From: a virus
Taxonomy: Duplodnaviria; Caudoviricetes
DNA length: 64,000 nucleotides
Reading direction: 5' to 3' (one strand)
IMG/VR virus record: IMGVR_UViG_3300028048_000038
Span: 32,001-96,000 of that record
Shown here: in pieces, positions 57,529 through 64,000 of the stretch
How the letters are laid out: the number at the start of each line of letters is the position of its first letter
How positions within the stretch are numbered: the first letter of the stretch is position 1
Notes under the pieces: generated by a model
What the model was told of the DNA's origin: nothing
The model's input: only the letters and a program-made list of their open reading frames with translations
The model's database searches: none
Position numbers and translations under genes: made by a program

Positions 57529-57618
57529 ATATATAAAATAAGCCCACCACTATTTTCACAAACGGCAGTAGGCAATGTTTACCAATCAATATGAACAAAA
57601 ATCATTAACAACGATTTC

Positions 57619-58275
57619 TTACTCACTTGGAGTCCTCTTCACGAAACGACCATTAGGGGCACGATTCAATGTTACTTTGCTAGCATTCTCACGAAACTTG
57701 CGTAGCAACTTGCTTGCTGCCTCTTGTGCATGGCTAGTTTCCTCTTCCTTCACACTCTTCTTAGGAGTTGCTGCGTGAGAAACCTTGTAACGAGTACTCT
57801 TTTTCTTCTCAGTCTTTGCCTCTTCCTTTGGTTCGCTAATAACCTTTGGAATTGTAACAGTCATAGTCTTGGCAAGAGAGTTATACTTCTCGCTCTTCTT
57901 CTCGATGTCACAGTTCTGAGGGATTGTAACACACGTCTTGTTGGAACGCTCAGTATGCTCATCCTTGAATGTAACCTCAACAATAAGCTTACCATCCTCA
58001 ATCTTTGACTCGAACTTCTCACCAATAGACTCATCAAAAGGAACACTTACCTCAAAGTCAGAGATATTGTCCTTAACTTGCTTTACTAACTCATTGAAGT
58101 CAGAAAGTAACGAATTACCCTTCTCAATGAGAGAATTCTTCACGCTATTAAGGGACTCAAATTGCTCATCCCAATCGATGCTGTCGATGGTCTCATTAAT
58201 TGAATCAACAAGCTTCATTGCTTGTGACACACCACCATCCATAAGTCCCAACAGTTTTTCCTTTAAATTTGCCAT
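57619..58275 (-). CDS. Hsp20/alpha-crystallin-like protein with basic tail
   Basis: KIEDGKLIVEV...VTIPQNCD....Y....MTVTIPK resembles the alpha-crystallin domain C-terminus. Confidence 0.55.
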   Translation of the reverse strand: MANLKEKLLGLMDGGVSQAMKLVDSINETIDSIDWDEQFESLNSVKNSLIEKGNSLLSDFNELVKQVKDNISDFEVSVPFDESIGEKFESKIEDGKLIVEVTFKDEHTERSNKTCVTIPQNCDIEKKSEKYNSLAKTMTVTIPKVISEPKEEAKTEKKKSTRYKVSHAATPKKSVKEEETSHAQEAASKLLRKFRENASKVTLNRAPNGRFVKRTPSE

Positions 58276-58359
58276 GTCTTTATAAATATTTAAGTTAAAT
58301 TGTTTCTAACAATGCAAAGATATATATAAAAAACGAGAAAAACAAGTTTTTAACAGAAA

Positions 58360-58743
58360 TTAACTTTTAAACATACTCATTTCTGGAAATGCTTCATTTT
58401 TCCAAGGGTTAATTCTCTTAAAACCATATCCTTCATAGAATTTCTCTAATTTGTCTTGTGGGATGAATTTAGATTTATCCCAACCAGCAAGGGAATTAAC
58501 ATCATAATTTGCAGCAGCATATAGCCTAATCTCTCCAATATATTCAGAAATTTTCTCGAAAAATCCATCTACTAGAATTTTCCCATATCCATTTCTACGA
58601 TAATTTGGATTAACACGAAGATAAAGAATCTCTACATATAATGGTTGTTTCTTAGAGTAAACTAAAAAACCAAGTTCCATCTTACCTTCCATTAAAGCAA
58701 GTTTAGTGGCTTTAAAACCAGCATTTTTTTCTATTATTTCCAT
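58360..58743 (-). CDS. GNAT-family acetyltransferase
   Basis: LRVNPNYRRNGYGK (motif A), KFYEGYGFK (motif B). Confidence 0.85.
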   Translation of the reverse strand: MEIIEKNAGFKATKLALMEGKMELGFLVYSKKQPLYVEILYLRVNPNYRRNGYGKILVDGFFEKISEYIGEIRLYAAANYDVNSLAGWDKSKFIPQDKLEKFYEGYGFKRINPWKNEAFPEMSMFKS

Positions 58744-58744
58744 A

Positions 58745-59431
58745 TTATTCAAGTTTATCCCACATTTCCTTTGGGAATCTACTATGAAGCTGTTCTAACC
58801 ACCAAATTGTCTTCACCTTACACATTGGTAGCCTCTGTCCTTTCATGAGCGTAGAACGCTTAATAACCACTCCTTCTTTGATGTTTGGATACTGACACCC
58901 TTCCTTAGTCCAATCGTTCTTCACGATAGAGTTAACAAAATCCATATCGAGTTTGCCGATATATATCACCTCTGGAGTTAATACCCTATCATCCTTACAG
59001 AAAATGTCAACAAACGTATTTGGCTCAATATATCCCTTCTTCTTGAGAAACACATCAATCAATGCGAGACGAAGAGTATCTCCCTCTTGATGGAATCCAG
59101 CAAAGGAATTATCTCCGTACCATTCAAAGAACAATGTAATTTCCTCAACACCATTGAAAATACCTTTCTTACCGCTATTGTTCACAATTATCTCCCTCAA
59201 TACATCTTCATAATGTTCTTTGAAGTATCTAACTGCGTCACCAAAGCCCTCAGTATTCTCATCCACATATTGATGACGTGAACCAAACATGGTGAATTGC
59301 TTTTTTGTTGCTCCCTTTGGAGTATATTTAACTCTAAAGTTCTGCCCATCTAGCTTATTGAAAGCAACGACTTGCTCACCACGAAGTGTACCATCATCGA
59401 AAAACCTAGGTATGCTTCCGTATTCTTTCAT
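58745..59431 (-). CDS. ATP-dependent RNA ligase (Rnl2-like adenylation domain)
   Basis: KLDGQNFR (motif I), GSR, FFEWYG, EGVVIK, KVKT. Confidence 0.8.
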   Translation of the reverse strand: MKEYGSIPRFFDDGTLRGEQVVAFNKLDGQNFRVKYTPKGATKKQFTMFGSRHQYVDENTEGFGDAVRYFKEHYEDVLREIIVNNSGKKGIFNGVEEITLFFEWYGDNSFAGFHQEGDTLRLALIDVFLKKKGYIEPNTFVDIFCKDDRVLTPEVIYIGKLDMDFVNSIVKNDWTKEGCQYPNIKEGVVIKRSTLMKGQRLPMCKVKTIWWLEQLHSRFPKEMWDKLE

Positions 59432-59990
59432 GCTTCTGTCTATCTAAAACCTCTTTTATTTTTTGGTAATAACCACTAAGAGTGCCAGTTCGGAATCGTT
59501 TAAAACACTGAATGATTGCTTCGTATGCATCAACACCTTCCTCATGAGTGGTTGAGAAAAAGTTTCCAATATTAATGTAGCATTCCACGTGATAGAATGT
59601 GATGCCTTTTGATAATACCGCAATTGGTGTTACCGTAATCCTAGCACCTTCCTTCTCCTTCCTTTCGATTAACCTCTTAACATCATCACTGAGTTCAAAA
59701 TTAAACTCTAAGAAACAGTCACCTATGGTTTTTAGGCTATGCACGACATTAAAATCATCCTCAATGGATACGCCATCATTATAGGACTTGTAAATCCAGT
59801 TTTCATGGAAGTTATACCTTTTAGCTTCATTGCCATATGAGTCATAATAATCATTATAGTTATAGGCATTGGGAGTAGTGTAATACCTACTTTTCCATCG
59901 TCTATTATCAAATGTATATTTTATGAACATATTCAAATCGCACTCTTCTTCCTTGACCTCTGGTTCCTTAATGCAAAGATAATATTTCAT
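59406..59990 (-). CDS. hypothetical protein
   Basis: ORF overlapping neighbours; start MKYYL. Confidence 0.65.
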   Translation of the reverse strand: MKYYLCIKEPEVKEEECDLNMFIKYTFDNRRWKSRYYTTPNAYNYNDYYDSYGNEAKRYNFHENWIYKSYNDGVSIEDDFNVVHSLKTIGDCFLEFNFELSDDVKRLIERKEKEGARITVTPIAVLSKGITFYHVECYINIGNFFSTTHEEGVDAYEAIIQCFKRFRTGTLSGYYQKIKEVLDRQKHERIRKHT

Positions 59991-61312
59991 TTCAGCATGC
60001 AAATGTTTTTATAGTGTTCTTCTAATTCCGTTAAACTAGGTGTTAATCGATATTTCCACCAAACAGTTACGCTATCACATATCAACTCCCATAACTCACT
60101 AAAGAATGAGTATGTGTTATTTACTACCTTGAATTGATAATGTTTGAAGTCATATATGAACGAGTTGTCATATACACCTTCATTTGTCACCTCGTTACCA
60201 ATAAGGAATATAGATACGAAAATATCAAGTATGAGTATGATAATTAAGAGTGCAATGCTCTGCCCCTTTGTCATTTCATTCTTGATGTAGTCGAAATCGC
60301 TAAACTGCTTGCGATGCCAGAGATTAATGTGTTTCTCCAACCACACTGGATATTTACTCAAATCCATTCTTGGATGCTCTCTGAAATACCTCTTGGTAGC
60401 AACCTCTAACTCAGGTTTATCACACCATGAGAATGGATTACACCAATCTATAGTGCCTTTCTTGGTATTGTAGCCAAGACAAAGAACGAATTCATTCTTA
60501 TTACCTCCTTGCCAATAAGATTTCTGTTTTTCAGATATCTCTATTGGTTTATTTCTGAATACAAGCACATATATTCTGAACTGCTTATTAGCACCATATA
60601 TGGAATTGATATACTTAAACTGCTTATGTACCTCTTTTCCAGCTCTGAACCCAAGTATTACGGCTTGGTCATGGTCTTCAACGTTTGGATATCTGTATAG
60701 TCCCAAAGAATCTGCTTCCTCGTCATCTATATCTTCGAACTTAAATATAGAGTGAGATGCAAGAATCTTATTCTGATAGGTATTCTTCCATACCAACGCC
60801 CTTACATGCTGTGGTGTACCATCATAATAGTAATCTTGAGCATCGCCATCAATTTTATAATAGTCTCGGTGCATATCTCTGAATACCATCTTTGGATAGC
60901 CTAACTCTCTCATTGCAGCATCAAAATATGACTTACCATAGAAATATTCTTCCCTACCAAGATTGTCAGTATATGTCCAATACTCTGGATGGTATTCCCT
61001 ATAACTACAGTCGTATTTCTCCTCATGGGTTATCTCTCTTCCATCCTTATCATAGCCATCATGTACAGTCTTAGTACAAGTGCGCTCAATCCATTCATCC
61101 CATTCATCATAATGGGTAATCTTTGTCATATATCCACCAAGATACTCGGTATCATACTCAAGTGAAGCAATGAATGCTGACTTAAGCAAGAATGTAAATA
61201 GGATTGATATACCTACCAAACAAATATATTCCCACCATACAATATACTTCTTAAAGAAAATAAGAAGAAATACTGATATGATAAACGGTAATGAATAAAT
61301 AACTATCTCCAT
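59987..61312 (-). CDS. multi-pass membrane protein with large soluble domain (TPM-like C-terminal part)
   Basis: Two N-terminal TMs, YWQGGNKNEFVLC...FSW, C-terminal TM. Confidence 0.75.
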   Translation of the reverse strand: MEIVIYSLPFIISVFLLIFFKKYIVWWEYICLVGISILFTFLLKSAFIASLEYDTEYLGGYMTKITHYDEWDEWIERTCTKTVHDGYDKDGREITHEEKYDCSYREYHPEYWTYTDNLGREEYFYGKSYFDAAMRELGYPKMVFRDMHRDYYKIDGDAQDYYYDGTPQHVRALVWKNTYQNKILASHSIFKFEDIDDEEADSLGLYRYPNVEDHDQAVILGFRAGKEVHKQFKYINSIYGANKQFRIYVLVFRNKPIEISEKQKSYWQGGNKNEFVLCLGYNTKKGTIDWCNPFSWCDKPELEVATKRYFREHPRMDLSKYPVWLEKHINLWHRKQFSDFDYIKNEMTKGQSIALLIIILILDIFVSIFLIGNEVTNEGVYDNSFIYDFKHYQFKVVNNTYSFFSELWELICDSVTVWWKYRLTPSLTELEEHYKNICMLK

Positions 61313-61662
61313 GTGTTAATGGTCATTTTAAAATCAGTCAATGTAATCTTTTTCCTTTCGTTATCAATTTTCACTATAGCACAACTTCTGTTAGGGTCTC
61401 TCAATGCTGCAAGATAGAATTGCAAAAGCTCATACATGAGATACCCATGAGTTTCAAACGTTGGCTTATGGTCATTAACATAATCAGTAAATGTTGTACA
61501 ACCTAGAATGTCTGAATCGAAAAAAATACTATCTGGTTTATCCATCCAACTTTTGCTAGTCTTGGGGTTGTACAAATACTTAAGCCAAACATCGTATAAT
61601 CCTAGTTCCTTCAAGAAACGTGCTGTTAAACGTAGAGCTTCCCTTTTCTTTTCACTTACCAT
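61303..61662 (-). CDS. RFLKE.G paralog family member
   Basis: TARFLKELGLYDVW...ILGCTTFT; close to 61656..62027. Confidence 0.75.
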   Translation of the reverse strand: MVSEKKREALRLTARFLKELGLYDVWLKYLYNPKTSKSWMDKPDSIFFDSDILGCTTFTDYVNDHKPTFETHGYLMYELLQFYLAALRDPNRSCAIVKIDNERKKITLTDFKMTINTWR

Positions 61663-62027
61663 GAATCTTTCAAATCATTCCAAGTTATTTTCTTCCCTTC
61701 CACGTCTACATTTAACATGTTATTGGAGTATTCATCGACCTCTTTAATATATTTGGATTTTGTTTTCCTTAAATATTCCCCAAAAATCTCATATATGGCA
61801 TATCCTTTGAGACGTAGATGAGTATGCCTTATAACAAAGTTAGTAAAACTAGTATTGCCTAGGATGTCTTGTATGCAAAGGTCCTCTCGCAAATTTTCTA
61901 TCCAACAATCGTCAAGCATTTTGTGGGTATTGCAATATTTAACCCACAAATCGTATAACCCCACTTCTTTGAGGAAACGTGTGGTTATACGAAGATATTC
62001 TTTCTTTTTGTCAGAATAGTTTAACAT
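61656..62027 (-). CDS. RFLKE.G paralog family member
   Basis: TTRFLKEVGLYDLW...ILGNTSFT. Confidence 0.75.
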   Translation of the reverse strand: MLNYSDKKKEYLRITTRFLKEVGLYDLWVKYCNTHKMLDDCWIENLREDLCIQDILGNTSFTNFVIRHTHLRLKGYAIYEIFGEYLRKTKSKYIKEVDEYSNNMLNVDVEGKKITWNDLKDSW

Positions 62028-62556
62028 TATCATCCACCCCACTTTCCATTACTTCCTTGCTCTGACTAGATGACACGACAGTATATTCAATCTCGGAAGT
62101 ATCCTTGATGAACCAACAACCTGGGTATGTCTTACACAATGTGCTATGCTGCCTCTTGATGTCAATCATCCTTTCTTGCGCTTTCATAAACTGAGTGCGC
62201 TGTATCTCGATGGCATCCATCACATCTTTGTAGAGACTTGTATCAAAGTTTGGGTTGGCTTCCTTAATCCACTTCATCAAAGTACCATCACCTTGAGAGT
62301 AACGACCACTGATAATGTGTGTATAGATGGAATCAAATCCAGCACGATACTCTTGAGATACTTGTGCTTTCTGAGAGATAATCTTCCACATTGCATCATG
62401 TACACCCTCAACCTTGCCACGCTGTGCCTCTGCTTGCTCACGAAGAGCTATCTCTTGGTTGTTATAATTGAAATAACTACCCACTGTGGTGATTACCGTT
62501 AATGCTGCAATGATAATCAAACCAACTACTACAATTGTCTTAATTCCACTGTTCAT
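62011..62556 (-). CDS. LemA-like membrane-anchored protein
   Basis: N-terminal TM, then YN...helical bundle with NPN....Y..V...IE..R...YPG pattern. Confidence 0.6.
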   Translation of the reverse strand: MNSGIKTIVVVGLIIIAALTVITTVGSYFNYNNQEIALREQAEAQRGKVEGVHDAMWKIISQKAQVSQEYRAGFDSIYTHIISGRYSQGDGTLMKWIKEANPNFDTSLYKDVMDAIEIQRTQFMKAQERMIDIKRQHSTLCKTYPGCWFIKDTSEIEYTVVSSSQSKEVMESGVDDNVKLF

Positions 62557-62558
62557 TT

Positions 62559-62927
62559 TTATCTTCCTTTTTTAATCAATATTTCTTTAAAATTCTTTCT
62601 TTTTTTATATTTTCTCATGGCTTCAACTAAAACTAGAGTTGTAGTGTCATATGTCTCTACGTTAGAATAGACATATAGGAAGGCTCTAAACCATGAACTA
62701 ATATTTTCCCCAAATTTAAAATGAATACCATAATTTATCGATAGATAGTAAGTGAAATCACACTTTCCGAATACACGGTCTATATGCGAATATAATTTTG
62801 GGTCATTAATATTTGGTCTATTCCTTTCTTGTGACTTCAGATATTCTTTCCATTCTTCGAGAATACCAAGTTCTTTTAGGAAATAATATATATATTTGTA
62901 TTCGTGCTTGAAACGTCTAGCATCCAT
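62559..62927 (-). CDS. FLKE.G paralog family member
   Basis: YYFLKELGILEEW...VFGKCDFT. Confidence 0.7.
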   Translation of the reverse strand: MDARRFKHEYKYIYYFLKELGILEEWKEYLKSQERNRPNINDPKLYSHIDRVFGKCDFTYYLSINYGIHFKFGENISSWFRAFLYVYSNVETYDTTTLVLVEAMRKYKKRKNFKEILIKKGR

Positions 62928-63354
62928 ATGCCCTTACCTTTCTCCATGTATATCTGCCAAAAGAATCCTCTAGGAACAACTCTGGAAAGATATAATCTCT
63001 CAACGTGAATGAGAATACCGTTCTACCATCGTTTCTAGCAAATTTAATCGTATTGCCGTAATAGGTATAAGTCCATGTCTCAGTGTACCAATCGGTGTTT
63101 CTCACTTGAGCCATTGTAATGTCACAATTCAGCCCATCTAGGAACTTAATTTGCTTCAGTTCAATAGTACCAACGATACACCCATAATCCATCTGCCATG
63201 TTCCCAACAGTTTCTCAGCAGAGAAATAATCATTCTTATAGGTCAACTTCCCTGATGAGGTTTCACTATATCCATAATCATCCCAACTAGCGTATGGGCA
63301 CTCACACGATGCAAAGCTAATTACAGCAAGCAACAAAACAATAATCTTTTTCAT
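62917..63354 (-). CDS. putative lipoprotein, lipocalin-like
   Basis: MKK, hydrophobic core, FAS-C; LLGTWQ motif. Confidence 0.7.
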   Translation of the reverse strand: MKKIIVLLLAVISFASCECPYASWDDYGYSETSSGKLTYKNDYFSAEKLLGTWQMDYGCIVGTIELKQIKFLDGLNCDITMAQVRNTDWYTETWTYTYYGNTIKFARNDGRTVFSFTLRDYIFPELFLEDSFGRYTWRKVRAYGC

Positions 63355-63392
63355 CCCATTCAATATTTTAAAGGGTTATAAACTACTATATT

Positions 63393-63857
63393 CTAATCCT
63401 CGTACCAAACGTTAATTATCTCCTTATCTTTCTTCTCCTTTAATTTGGCTTCTTTCTTATCCTCTTCCTCTTTACACTTCTTATTCTCATGCTCCATAAT
63501 TTTCATCTTTAAATTTGCAAGGTTCTCATCACATAACGAAAAAGTCGCTCTATCAAGTCCATCAATACCAACATAAGAATTACTATCAACGAACAACCCC
63601 TTGCCATTCTCAAGAACTTGCGTTGCGTAGTATATCTTATGCCCCATATGTTTAATTGGGGAAATCTTGATGTTCTTTAACGCTTCCATAGCTTCGTTAA
63701 GAGAATTATACACTATTAGACTCTTCCTTTCATATTTGCAAGTGTCATCTGTATAAAAACGATAGAAAGATTCTATCTTATGATTTCTCCAAAATAATCC
63801 CAATAACTTGTGTTGGATGATGTATCCTTCACCAGTTTGAATGATACGATATTTCAT
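63393..63857 (-). CDS. hypothetical protein
   Basis: MKYRII...YIIQ.K...FW start resembles the MKYRIR gene at 37627..37821. Confidence 0.7.
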   Translation of the reverse strand: MKYRIIQTGEGYIIQHKLLGLFWRNHKIESFYRFYTDDTCKYERKSLIVYNSLNEAMEALKNIKISPIKHMGHKIYYATQVLENGKGLFVDSNSYVGIDGLDRATFSLCDENLANLKMKIMEHENKKCKEEEDKKEAKLKEKKDKEIINVWYED

Positions 63858-63858
63858 A

Positions 63859-64000
63859 TTACCAAGTTGATTTCATCTTTGAGAGCTTATCAAGCTCCTT
63901 AACCATCTTAACCTTATAGTCTTGAATGATGTTTCTCACCTTGGAGATTGGCTTCATTAGGTCAATCTCACGCTCCTCATATGCCTTGGCCTCCATATCC
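63859..64000 (-). CDS. 3' end of a gene entering from beyond the window
   Basis: Open frame ...DMEAKAYEEREIDLMKP...KMKSTW*. Confidence 0.6.
   Translation of the reverse strand, partial: DMEAKAYEEREIDLMKPISKVRNIIQDYKVKMVKELDKLSKMKSTW

Noticed and set aside
7-62502. Numerous plus-strand ORFs of 60-160 aa antisense to minus-strand genes
   Set aside because: Shadow frames rich in S/F/L/I, lacking promoters and leaders; only 22698-24328 and 39925-41976 are credible plus-strand genes
1-64000. TAG-to-Gln recoding (code 15) as in Lak and some crAss-like phages
   Set aside because: Conserved enzymes and both plus-strand late-type genes are full length in code 11; TAG appears at plausible gene ends; no suppressor tRNA seen

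Overview
AT-rich (about one-third GC) segment of a large lytic dsDNA phage of a Bacteroidales/Prevotella-like host, read in the standard genetic code. It holds about 130 mostly small, mostly minus-strand genes. By manual count about 48 Bacteroidota-type housekeeping promoters (TTTG-N20-TAnnTTTG) drive them, 31 of these in the first 22.5 kb, which looks like an early/host-takeover region. Recognisable proteins: a 3'-truncated UvrD-like helicase, two NUMOD4/HNH endonucleases, Gp88-like, DUF932-like, YqeY, M42 peptidase, TIGR02452/PARG-like macrodomain, NadD, metallophosphoesterase, Hsp20-like, GNAT, RNA ligase, LemA-like, and a C-type-lectin-fold protein with a DGR-like variable region but no RT or template repeat in the window. 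There are two tRNAs: Leu-TAA and an unusual long-variable-arm Cys-GCA. The most striking content is non-coding. (i) A battery of short RNAs sits just 5' of intrinsic terminators and is antisense to translation-start regions; several match the phage's own early leaders, and one matches the start of the DGR target gene. (ii) Promoter-driven, ORF-free transcripts are built of discrete structured modules, including tRNA-like mimics. (iii) Promoters are nested inside terminator hairpins, forming repeated gene cassettes. All RNA structure and pairing calls were made by eye and need computational or experimental confirmation.
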